A DNA stretch of 64,000 nt, taken from positions 469,655 to 533,654 of the forward strand of contig MNCI01000614.1 of assembly GCA_015680685.1 (NCBI GenBank). Direction: 5' to 3'. Shown here piece by piece: positions 23,217 through 35,800 of the stretch. A program made the position numbers and the translations under genes. The stretch is from Gnetum montanum (lineage: Eukaryota; Plantae; Gnetophyta). Within the stretch, counting starts at the first letter, position 1. Every line of letters begins with the position of its first letter. The notes beneath the pieces were generated by a model. The model did not search any database and was not told the DNA's origin. It was given only the letters and a program-made list of their open reading frames with translations.

Positions 23217-26200
23217 ATGGCTTTTACCACCACCACTATTAACACCTTCAACGCGGGGGTACCATTCATGGTTCAAGGCATGACTCATGCTAGACAACCA
23301 CTGAACCCCACGATGGAAGCACGTCAATCTCTCAGAATCCAAAACAGGGGACTTGAGGGATTAGCCCAGCAACACGAACATTATAGTTTCCTTTTCGCGA
23401 AGCCATAGGCTAATCTGCCATTGGATTTACAAGAGCTCGAGGAAAAACGTAGCTTCAAGGTCACTTATTGTAATGGGAAGGAATTCGTTCCTACCCTTAG
23501 CATTCCTTTTCTTTTAACACAAGCGTACCAAAGTCTACTGGACCAATTGATCTAATTGGCTAGACTTAGGGAGCAATCGGACACCGTGTCCAACTAGGAT
23601 GACACCTTTCAAGATGGATAGGAGGAGCTCAATTCCAAATTTGATGAGGGAGGTCAAGTCAACCCCATTCTTGTCCCACCTACCTAGTCCTTTTGGTCCA
23701 ACCCGCTGTCTGTCATCGCTCCCTTTGTCATCACGCCAATGCTTCAGCAACCTACCACCATAACTGCAATGGGTAGCCATGCTACATACTTGGCGTATCA
23801 TCACCCTTATTCCTCAGCTACGCTCACAACAACTGTGCCACTGCAAACTATTTATCAGTGTATCCCTAAGGCATGCAACATTCCTATCATAGCATCCCTA
23901 CCCCATGTCCATACTGTACCTACTTCGCAACTGCACATAACTGCTATGCCAACTCCTACGTATGCATCTGTTCCATCCACTATGGTGGGCCCAGGCCTAT
24001 CCACGTGATGGACCCCGTTCACCACTTTGTCTATTCTACAACCATTGAAAAATGTCTTATTATGTTCACCCTTAGGCTTACCCAACCCTGCAAATGGTAC
24101 ATCCTGGCATGGGACCATAGTCTGTCCCGTCGGTAACCCAAACGGCCTATCTAGCGACTCAACTTGCTATTACCGCTCCGACAATGCCACCCAGTAGGTG
24201 GTGGACAATGCAAGAAGCACCTTTAGCGGGGGCGGCCCCAACGGCATCGCTGATGGGTCAACCCACCACTGCCACCATGCTGCATGTAGGAATTACCTCT
24301 ATAGTCCCTCAGCCATCTACAACGTCGCCAGGTCTGGACCAAGCGTTTCAGCTCATCCAAACCCTAACTGAGGAAATAAAATGCCTCAAAGCTGTTGGGT
24401 CCTACACGGTAGAAGTCATGGACTTTTATCAGGACAGCCCCATCAAGCCTACAATCCCTACTTTGGTATTACCACCTGGGATGTCTCTCCCACACTTCAC
24501 AAAGTACGATGGGAAAGGGGATCCCGATACCCATCTCGTCACTTTCCAGTCAGAGTCTTTGCTATTTCAACAATGGCTGGATATGATCATTCACATCTTT
24601 GCCATGTCCCTAGTAGGGAAAGCCCTAGATTGGTGTCACATGTTTCCATGTTCATCCATTTCAACTTTGGAAGAACTCTTGACCCAATTTGTGACACGCT
24701 TCAAAGAGAACTTGAAGCCAGAAACCATGCCGGATCAATTGATGAGCGTGAAACAAGACCCACTAGAACCAATCCAAAAATTCATTCAACATTGGAGCAC
24801 TACCCTTAACAAAATCCATGAGCTCATTGCAGAGGCTCACTTGTTAGTCATCTTTAAGGGTGCAGTGAATGACTTCATCAAGTCCAAATTGTATTATCTT
24901 GCTCCATGCTCTCTTAGCCAAGCTTTTGCTCAGACGAAAAGCATACAAGATGCTGCCGAGGCAAGCAAAGACCCGGCCTACATCTCTTACAAGAACAAAT
25001 TTACAAAAAAGGACAAGGGTAAGGCCCCAAAAACCATAGTGGCCATTGTGGCAACTGAGGCTAAGCCCAAACCTAGCAATAGCAGAAGCAAGAATAACAA
25101 GAAATCGGCCACACTTGGGGCTAACTCTACGCCTAAACTGGGCCAAGCATCACAACCTACCACACCTGCGCTTGAGACATCTGCATACACTAAACCCAAC
25201 TTTGAGCACAAATATTGTTCTAAATACATCCCACTACCTCTCAAACCTTCAAAACTTCTAAAGCAATTGTTGGCAGTGAGATACCTCCAATGCAAGCAGA
25301 TGTCAGAGGAAGGAAACATGAGACATCAACGCTATTACGAGCTCCTTAGGAATCCATCTTTGGCCTTGCCCAATGAGCCTCCAGTTCCTAGGGGTTTCAG
25401 GCTAGATAGGTTTTGTGACTACCACCAACTATGTGGTCACACCACATATTATTGTCTGTCATTGCAGGATGACATCCAAATATTAATCGACCTAGGAAAG
25501 CTGGTGCTGGATGAAAGCAACCCAGTATGCCCTAAAAATCAATCTATGCATGTCTACATAGATCCCCTCAAAGCTAATAATGTCGATTACGTAATCAATG
25601 CCATCAATATTGACAATGATCCCAAGCCAACCTTCCATCCATTTGTGATTCGTGTGCCTCAGCATAGTGCACCAATACCACTAGTGGTTGGTCCAAGCTC
25701 ATAGTCGCCCTTCATCCTAAAAGTCCCATCATGGGCATCTACCTCTGCACCACCTATTGGTGAGGTTACACAACCCCATCAGTTAACACCTCTAGCTCCA
25801 TTCATCATCAGGGGGCCAACGTCTTCAAAAATCCCCATCTCATGCAACAACATTAAATAGCCTCCTCGCCCCACAAGGTGAGAAGCCCACTTGGCGGGCA
25901 AGACGTCAAAGGGAAGTACCATCGAGGGTATCTCCAAGCCTATGCCTTTGCCCCTCATATTTACACCTTTATCACCAAAGATGAAGGTCAACATGATTAC
26001 ATAACCTACTTTACCTTGTCAACAAGGGTCTGAACCTAGGTCTGAGGTCGTCTCTCCTTGAGAGATTCATCTTCTAGGATGAATCAAAGAGGAGGAAAGT
26101 GTCAAACAGGCGGGCGACCAAGATTTCTTAGACGCCCTTACCTAGGTCAGGCAAGCCCTAAAGTAGAAAAATGCTACATTGAGCTTGTACAACCTAGTCA

Positions 26201-27039
26201 TGGCATCTCTACCTCACTGAGAGGCTCTAGTTCACATGTTAACGATGATCCCAGTCGACGGGAACATGCCAACAGAAGAGGGAGCGATCCACTCAGTAAT
26301 GCTTCCCTCTGTACTCGTAGAGTCTGCAACACCTTAATTAATTTTTAGTAATGACACCATTAGGGAAGAGCCCAAAGGATTTCAAGTGACTATGGTGCCT
26401 CTCTTTGTCACAATTTGGGTCAGCCAACACCGGATCTAAAGGGTACACATTGATGATGGGGCTTCCACGAACATCATTCGCTTCCCTATTGTAGACAAGT
26501 TGGGATTGGTCAACCAGATCAAACCAACAATGACATCGTGTCTAAGGTCATTCAATGGGGCATGCGTCGTGGTGAAGGGCACGTTTCACATAAACTTCGT
26601 AATAGGGGACTAGTTCCCCACAGACGCAAAGTTCATCATAGTCAAAGAAATGCCTGAGTCTAACTTGATATTGGGGAGATCATGGTTAGCACAACTTAGG
26701 GCTGTCTCCTCAGCTATACACCAGGAAACCCACTTACCATACGCAGGTAGAGAGATGGTAATCCATGGTGATGAAATGGCAATGCAAGAAATCAGCAACA
26801 TAGGCATGGAACAGGGTTTAGAAGTTACAACCTTCGAGGATGAAGCACCTGTTCATGCATGCATTAATCATGTGATGGGAGGATCGATCCAGCGAACCGA
26901 CCCTCAAATCGAAAACGCGTGGGTTGATTTTCACTTCCAAATGAAGGACAATGATATGAACGAGGCCCCTAGTGAAACACCTCGACCTTATGTTCCGATC
27001 AACCCAATACGGGTCAAGAAGCAGTTGCGCAAAGCGTAG
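23217..27039 (+). pseudogene. gag: gag-protease of element B (longest open piece 24184-25704, 506 aa)
   Basis: FTKYDGKGDPDTHL, SLVGKALDW, Tat-type zinc knuckle CDYHQLCGHTTYYC; protease VHIDDGASTNII (~26443) and NLILGRSWL; scattered stops. Confidence 0.92.
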
Positions 27040-27419
27040 CAGCCCTACGGCTTCCACCCGATTGCTATCCTTGTACATTTGTCATGTCCTTGTCTTATTA
27101 GTATGCCTCCCATTCGGCATGCTACGCTATGGCCCAAAATGGCCTAAAACTAGCATCGCTACCTTATTTCTTTGTTAATGAACTACCTCTTTTGGCATAG
27201 GCCCGAAACGATCTAAAATTAGCACTATCGCTTATTGCTTTAATTTGTAGCACAATGGCCCGAAATGGCCCAAAATTTGCACTAGCCCAAGATGGCCTAA
27301 GACTAGCATATGAAAGCATGAAAACTTTTCCTTTCTGAAGTTTTTCATTTCATTCAAAATTTTGGCCTATTGGCAATGATGCAAAATTTTTAAAAAAGAG
27401 AGAGAGGAAAATCCCATGC

Positions 27420-30400
27420 TGTCATGGGTTGTTTCCAACGCCTTCACTGTTTGCCTCTACTTCATCTACTTGTGCATCACCCACTTCTGCATTACCTTCT
27501 ACTGATCCTGCATGCCCCCTCCCCGCAGGTCTCACACCCTCATCTAGAGCTTGCACTGCACGAATGAAGTAGTTAGCTAGGGAAACAAATGCGGTAAATG
27601 CAAGCTACAACATAACATGAAAGAGACTAACCTGAGAGGAGCCTGTGCTAGTCTCAAGGGGTATCTGGTCTAGACCAAGCCTAGGGTGATGCCAAATCTC
27701 CTCTACCAAAATATCCATCCAACGGCCATCGCTGGGTTCAGCATTAGTTGCAGCAGCCTTCTCCCTTTCCATGGTTATCCATGTTAGAGGTTCTAGGGAA
27801 AGGGAAGTAGTTGCAGTCTCTCCTGTAGGAAGGCTCACCCTCAAATCAGGAGATTCCATGACCTCCAGCCACTTTTAAAACTTAGCATAGACCTCAGAAG
27901 TACCGATGGCCTTCACGAATGCTTCATACGTGAATGCCTCCATAGCAGCATCTCTATACAGTTTTTGATGGGTCTCATTCTCCAACTTATACATATGTTT
28001 ATGGTCTCTCTGGGTTTTCCGCCATTCAAAAACCTTAGCACTGATGTCTTTCATGTCTTGGCACTTCTGGACCAGCAAATCCATCTGCCTTTGCTATTCG
28101 ACTATCTCATGGGTGGATTCAACGTTCTGATGAACGATGGTCGAAAACCTAGCATAGTCATCTACATCCCTCTGCCAATCGATTGGGTCAGGGTTGCAGT
28201 TTATAAGAAAAGCATTCCTGAACCTAAGATTCTCCACCTTGGTGGCCAGGTCAACCTCTCTCTGCTCAGCCCTTTGGACCTATTTCCATAGGTCCTCATT
28301 GGCGGGCCTATATTTCCACAGAGAGCGTGCCGAGTACAAGACATACTTATAAGCCTCATCAAATGTTCGATGAGACACCACAGTCACGTCAGGCGAGAGT
28401 ATGGGCACCGCGCCAACCTTCATAGGTCGTTCCGCATCCCACTTGAGCCAAGAGGCCATTTAACGCATAGAGCATAGTGACCACGTTAGCATAGCATAAT
28501 CAACAAACTCGAAAGCTTCAACATAGCAACATAAGGGCAATTAATGCTGATACTTACCTACACTAGGATCCGCATGTTGAAGGTGCCTATTCATATCATC
28601 AACGAGTCCCTTCATGAACATAAACTTGTCAGGGACATCGGCCCATGACTCTGTACAAAGCAGAGGAGGTCTCGTGATGTTAGCAGTAACACCTATTACA
28701 CAATTAAGCATGTCAGCAATAGTCAAAATGGACTGTGATGAGGTAGACATCTCACAAACTCACCAGTGCCTGACTATGATCCTTCTTCTTGCCAAGGCAA
28801 GATGACAGTGGTAGCCATGGTAGAGGGCCCTGCCAAGTCCATGCAAGTCCCTTCCTCATGTACGGGTGCCTTTCCTTTAAGAAGACCAGCATCTTTTTTA
28901 TTTTGGGAGGGAACCTCTTTGTTGGTAGGAAGAGGCTCCCTAATGACAAGATCCCCTACCCTGGAGATAGGAGCTCCATTATTCCTACCCAGGGCCCTTT
29001 ACTCCGAAACTGGGGCCTCCACATATTTATTTTTCACCCCCGTCCTGAGGGCTGACACTTCCTCATCGCCTTCTTCTTCATCTTCTTCTTCCTCTACTAA
29101 GCAATAAGGGCATGTTTGTGTCGATTCAAAATAAGCTAGTATAAAATAGGTGCTACGCTACACTGCATTGCCTAGCACAGCATAGCATAGCAAACTATAC
29201 CAAAATAAGCATTATAAAAAAATTCTTACCAATGGGGGGTTACATCCACCACAGCTTGAGCCGCAGTCTCCGCCCCTCCTCTTCACGAGAGCTTTCCCTG
29301 GCTGGGGGAGGTCTCTTCATTTGCAGCTCCGTGGGCACAGTCTCAGCTATGAGACGTTCACCCTGCATCATGTTAATGGTTATGACAAGGGGTGTCTCTC
29401 CCACACTGTCCTAGCCACAAGTGCTACAAACTGCCAAACCTTTAGTCATTACAGACAACAACTCCCTGACCATTTTCGGAGGATCCTGGGCCTGCATAGT
29501 TTGAAGGACCTACCAAATCTAGGGCTTGGGAACCTGGTCACAGTCTAGCAGGGACCAAACTCCGTCCTCCTAGACCACCAGGAACTCCACAAAGCACGTT
29601 AAACAGCCTATGTAGAAGGCATAGTGTATGTTAGAGCAGGACTCTGTTTGCTCACAAAGTCTCAAAATATCTACCTACAAACCACTACATAGGAATTCGG
29701 CCCAGTTGTAATGGGCCCCCTCCTCCATGACTTCCCGCATTACCTAGGCCTGCTCAAGCCCTAGGACCTTCCCTTGGGTGAGTAGTTGAGGGAATGCATG
29801 GGCATGAAAGACCAAGTATATCCCCACTATAGGGCCATCCTTAAGCTTTTCCATGGGGAACCCTTTTCGCTCCTTGGAGAGTCTCAACCACTCCTCGATA
29901 TGCTACTTCTGCAGGGTCAACTCCTGTTTGCCCTTCAACACTATGGGGGCATTATCAGTAGGAATGCCAAACAGATCCGCAAACAGCTAGTTGTCGATGT
30001 TAATGACCACCTACATGCCCTACATGTATGTGCGAAAACGACTCGCCTTCCCAGAAAATGAGTTGACCAGGAAAAGCATCTCAGTAGTAGAGACGTATAG
30101 GTTCAGCACCATAAATAGATCCATAAGCCCTACCCTTCAGACTTTCATGAGTAAAGAATCTGGGGCCCCTCGTTCTAACCAGCTCTGGCACACCGTCACT
30201 TCACCGTATTTGAAATAGATGCTTGCTCCTTGCCTCTTGGCAGTTACCACCATCACCTCACAAGGCTTCTTCGCCCCTACAAAAAAATATTTCCACAAAA
30301 CATACTTAGCCTAACAATGCAGAGAATGCAAAAATTATGAAAACACTTGAGCATGTGGCACCTACCTTTTGATCCACCAAGTCTATACAGTAATGGGAAT

Positions 30401-31816
30401 AGTGGGAGTTCAACTGCCAAAACTGCTTCAAGCGTGACCTATTTGAAAGGTTCTCTCCACTCCTTGTCTAGCCAACCCTTCACCCTAAACTAATCATAGA
30501 AAGGGGTGAGCATGTGTAGGTAAGTATGGTATTCTCCCCCACAATGACCAATCACACCAGCCCTCAGGCTCTTGGTAGAAGCAAATTCTTGTAGGGCTAG
30601 CAGTTTCATGGCCAGCATATCTGGTTGGTTATGAACCCCGTCATCATCAATGTAGAACCTAGTGACAAACGCACATCATTAGCATTCAGCCAGGTATAGC
30701 CGGCATCACACAACAAAGCAAAACAAAGATGCAAAACTCACCCGCTAGGATAATAGATGGTCCCCTGTGGATTCTGAAAGAGCATCTCCATGTGACATGC
30801 AAGGTACAATGTGTTATATGGGTGATAGCACTAGTATTCTGGCATATCCCAGATCCAGGCTCAGCACCTCAACCCTGTTGGTTGTTGTCTAGACTGTCCT
30901 CCCTACCCACTTATGGTCACCTCATTAGAAAGGTATCTCAGGATGCCCTGATTCGCCCCTGGTAGCATGGCCTCTATTATGCTAGATGCCTGCGTCTTGT
31001 CTAAGGAAGACCAAACGATCACACTAAAGTGGTTGAGAAGGAATTGCAAGAAGTCTCGTGCCCCTTCCCTAAACCAAAATACTTGGTCTCCCACACGTAT
31101 CAGGGGAGGAGGAACGTTGGCCATAGGCCTGCTCACATGGCACAAGACCCCTCCAAGGTCCAAAACGATCAACCTAGACCTTGGCCCTACCCTGCACAAT
31201 GTAATCAACAAATGCTGGCATCACACTCAAACACAATACACGTGCAACATAGCAACGTCTAGTAGTCTATAAATATAGCATAGCATAACCCTCTACCCAT
31301 ACATAGCGTAGCAAAGGTGTGAGAGCCTAGCATAGCGAAAACATGCAAATAGCTTAGCGTAGCAGTAAAATAATTGGCAACATGCCCAAACAAAACACAA
31401 ATCACGATGCCACATCGCACATGAACAAACCCTTACAAGGGTTTTACATTACAACGTGCCAAGGCCAAACAACTTGCAACTTCCCTAGCCCCGTAGGCAT
31501 GACAATCGCAGCAATAGCAGCCCCAGCGGCCTTGCAACGAAACCTTTGCACATCAGCCACGATCGAAAAAGGGGCCACGGTGATGCAAAAGCTAAAACAA
31601 CGTGGCCATAGAAAACACAGATGGCAAAACAAATAGGACATAAAACCAGAGCAAAAAACAGCAAAAGGCATAAAATTAAAAGAGCGAAGGAGGCATGAAA
31701 ACTTACTTGATCAACGATGTGCTCTCTCGCATCAGAATGCACGCTTGTGGTGCATGTCTCAAAGCCTTTTTCACCTCCTCGACCTTCGCAAGAACCAGAT
31801 GAGTCTTAGGAGCCAT
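27420..31816 (-). pseudogene. Antisense multi-exon cargo gene of B: NIF/FCP1-like HAD domain, PMD-like domain, acidic stretch and coiled-coil-like tail
   Basis: Exons 31816-31707, 31191-30742, 30658-30366, 30276-29230, 29096-28764, 28692-28558, ~28457-27631, and a likely last exon ~27556-27422. The first five introns are GT-AG and phase-compatible. Lesions in exons 1-6 are point nonsense codons. Confidence 0.85.
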
Positions 31817-31966
31817 GGCCCTCCTTGCAGATGTACAACCTCCACTATAGAAATTCATCCCACTAGTCGATCAACACAACTGCTCTGCGCTCTGAAATCA
31901 CTGAATGCTTCGATGAGGGTTTTGTGCTCTTACGGTGGAAACAATGAAATTACCTAGGCTTAATCC

Positions 31967-31976
31967 CTATTTATAG
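31967..31976 (-). promoter_or_regulatory. TATA box of the antisense gene in B
   Basis: CTATAAATAG about 150 nt upstream of GCCATGGCT (ATG at 31816); equivalent boxes at 3493 (A) and 15715 (C). Confidence 0.7.
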
Positions 31977-32161
31977 CCGTAAGGCCAAGATGGGGAAACT
32001 TACCTCTTTCTCTCTTCGAGTATTGCAGAGTGCATTATGCAGCGTAGCATGCTTGCCACGACATCATGACACTATTAGCATTTCATTCTTAACATGTTTG
32101 AAGCCAACTACTTGCCTTTCCGAAGACAAAGAAAAAATATAATAATATTTTTTTTCAATTA

Positions 32162-32333
32162 AGGGTCCGAAAAGACCTTAAACTAACAAGCCTAGCATAG
32201 TTGTGCTCCTTAGGGTCTGAAAAGACCTTAAACTAACAAGCCTAGCATAGTTGCACTCCTCAAGGTCCGAAAAGACCTTAAACTAACAAGCCTAGCATAG
32301 TTGCGCTCCTCAGGGTCCGAAAAGACCCTTAAA
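32162..32333 (+). repeat. 50-bp tandem repeat, ~3.4 copies
   Basis: AGGGTCCGAAAAGACCTTAAACTAACAAGCCTAGCATAGTTG.GCTCCT. starting at 32162, 32212, 32262 and 32312. Confidence 0.95.
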
Positions 32334-32846
32334 TAGTAGTTTCGACCCGTAACGTTCACAGTCCACGATGATGTTAAACTAACCATATCCTTACACTAGT
32401 AGTCGCCTTATCCTCTTTCACATAGGCAGTATCACCTTTCCTAATAGTTTCACAATTCCATTTTCACACTGGCAATTCGATACTCCTTATACTTGCAATT
32501 TCCTTTTTTTTTATTTTGCATGTCGCAATATGGTAGTCCAAGATGACACTAAACTAGTGGTTTGGCATTGGCATATCAACAAGCACACGTTCCACTAGTA
32601 ACTCTGCACTCTCGCACCTTGGCGGTCTGCCACGACCTTAAAATAGCAAACTTTTAATCTTTACATTGCCTCACTTAGCAAGTCGCATCTTAGTGTTGCG
32701 TTGCAGATTTGCGTTTCACATAATCTCTGATGACCCTTACCCAGGCTTTCATCTTATGATGGCAGGTCAAGCAAGAGATGGGAATCCATCGTGCCCTTTC
32801 CACGCCTTTAATGTTAGAAGGGCCACAAGGCAAGCTCGCGAGATAG

Positions 32847-35800
32847 TTGAACCCCAACATGATCGACTGGGGGTTGACTATGATTAACACTATAGCAGCC
32901 TTAGAAGAATCCCCAGATTGGCCCAGACACCTAGTCCAAGCCCTAGATTTAGAGGCCGAGGATGTAACCAATGATCCTCTTGTCGAGATACTTGTGACCA
33001 CGTCAAAGAGGGAGGTAAAAACATTAAGACTTAGCTCCCTCCTAGACACACAAATACATGAAGGCATAGTTAAAACTCTGTAGGATCACATAGATGTTTT
33101 TGCAAGGTCGTACAGCGACATGTCGGGTCTGGATCCATGGCTAATTCAGCATAACATCATCCTAGACCCACATGTAAAGGTAGTCAAGAAAAAGGTGTGT
33201 AAGATTAAGCTGGAAATCACACTAGCCATGAGGGATGAAATCACTAAGCTGTACTGAGCAAGTTTCATCCGCACGGTCGACTATTCAGAGTGGATATTCA
33301 ACATCATTGTAGTTTCAAAGAAAACAAGAGGGATACAAATTTGTATAGACTTCTGAGACTTGAACAAGGTAATGATCAAAGACAACTTCCCACTCTCGAG
33401 CATTGATCAACTCATTGACACCACGATTGGTCATGCTTTGCTATCCTTCATGGATGGCTTTTCTGGATACAACCAAATCCCCATCAACCTAGAGCACTAG
33501 TTGTTAACAACCTTCATGACTCCATGGGGAACCTTCTGCTATACCATGATGCCTTTTGGGCTCAAGAATGCTGGAGCAACCTACCAGCGAGCCATGACCT
33601 ACATTTTCAGTGACTATATCCTAGAAACGTTAAACGATTACGTAGATGATATAGCGGTTAAGTCCAAAGAGGTAGCTGATCACCCACATGATCTAGGGGT
33701 AGTCCTCAAGTGCTGCCAAATGCACAACTTACATCTCAATCCCAAGAAGTGTGTCTTTGGAATAAAGACTGGACGCATGTTAGGGTTCATAGTATCGGAG
33801 GCTGGAATACGGGTGGACCCCGACAACATCAAGGCCATCGTCAATCTAGTGCCCCCCACAAATATTAAGGAGTTACGCAGTTTATAAGGCAGGGTACAAT
33901 TCATTCGAAGGTTCATAGCCAAGTTGAGCGACAAGTTACACACCATGCAACATCTTCTAAAGAAGGGGGTTGACTTTGAATGGACAACCCAGTGTCAACA
34001 AGCCTTCGACGACCTGAAGCAGGAACTCTTGCACCTTCCAACGGTGCACTCGCCACAAAGGGACAAGCCTTTCTTCATGTACCTTACCATCTTCGATGCA
34101 TCCATAGTGGCACTACTATGTCAAAAGTGGGATGATGGTTCTGAGATACCGGTGTACTACTTAAGCCATGCACTAATAGCATATGAGGAAAAATACAACG
34201 AAGTGGAGAGGAATTGCCTAGCCTTAGTATTTTCACTAAAAAAGTGGTGGCATTACCTGTTCCATAGCACAACCAACATCATTTGCAAAAGCAACATACT
34301 CCGGGCTATCACTAACAACCTGTACAAAAGTAGCAAGATAGCCCGATGGAAGGCAATAACCATGGAGTTTGACCTATGCTATGTAAGTCAATCATCAACA
34401 AAGGGTCAAGCCATAGCAACCCAACTTACAGCCTCGTTAGTCGACGACCAGGCCACCATAGACCCAGAATTCCCGAACAAATACTTTACCCATGTCACCA
34501 TTGTCCCATTGCATTTCGAGGCTACCTTACATTTCGACGGCACCTCAACCATGTGAGGAAGTAGCACCACTACCACAATCACATTCCCCTCTAGGGAAAT
34601 GTACCCATCCTCTTATCATTTTGCATTACCTTGCACCAACAACGTGGAAGAATATGAGGGGCTGCTCAGAGGCCTCTTAATTGCCTAAGCATTGCATGTA
34701 CAACATCTGGAAATTCGAGGAGATTCACAACTAGTCGTGAATCAAATCACCGAAGTCTACACCTACAAGGCTACGCACCTACAACCCTAATACGACCTAG
34801 AAAAAATCCTACTCAACCAATTTGTAACCATTGATGTGAAACACATGTCACATAACGAGAACATCGTAGCAGATGCCCTAGCTACGCTCATGTTAAACAT
34901 CCCATCACATTCTTTGTGAAACCTACCAACCATGATCACAGAATGTATCGAGCCCATCGCTTAGGCAGAACACGTGGCCTCTGTCAATGTTGTGGATACC
35001 CTGGAGTGGTACGATAACATTAAAGCTTATTTACAGCATGGTGAACCCCCAAGTGGATTGACGTTGGCTCAGAGAGATGCAATCCGTAAGTGTGCTCGAC
35101 AATACATGCTCATGGGAAATGACGCCCTGTGTTGATGATCCTACAATGGGATATTGCTAGCATGCGTGGGTGGAGAGCAGGCACAAAAGGTAGTTAATGA
35201 GGTTCATGAAGGGCTGTGCGGTGGACACATAGCACCCATGGCTATGGTAGCAAAAATCAAATTCCTAGGGTAATATTGGCCTTACATGGAATGTGACTAC
35301 CTGTCAAAAGTCAAGATGTGCGACACATGCCAAAGATATGCAAATCTCATACACGTAGCACCTACAGACCTACATCCAACGCAAATCATGTGGCCCTTCC
35401 AACGATGGGGACTAGACCTCATAGGGCCTATCACACCTAAGTCCTCCATAGGGCATAGCTTCATTATCACTGCCACAGAGTATTTTACCAAGTGGGTGGA
35501 GGCTATTCCCCTGAGGAAAATGACGTCCCAACAAATCTGCCATTTCATCCTTGATAACATAGTAACTAGGTTTGGGCTTCCGATGACCATTATGACTGAC
35601 AATGGCCCACAGTTCAGTCATACGGAGACTCGAACCTTCTGTAGTAATCTAGGCATTAAACAATCATTTTCTTCCCCTTATTATCCGCAGATGAATGGGC
35701 AAGCGAAGGCTACAAATAAGTCCATCATCAACTTGCTGAAGCATATGCTTAACAGCAGCAAGAGGTGGTGGCACGAGCAAATACTCTATGTCCTCTTGGC

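Noticed and set aside
27605-31957. Plus-strand short ORFs in the spacer, and reading the antisense gene as a host gene
   Set aside because: The plus ORFs are shadows of the minus-strand exons. The gene lies inside TSD-bounded element B and recurs in A, C and D, so it is element cargo rather than a host locus.
33680-35621. Minus-strand ORFs over pol (also 4931-5228, 6488-6814, 53815-54021)
   Set aside because: Shadow frames of RT and integrase codons.
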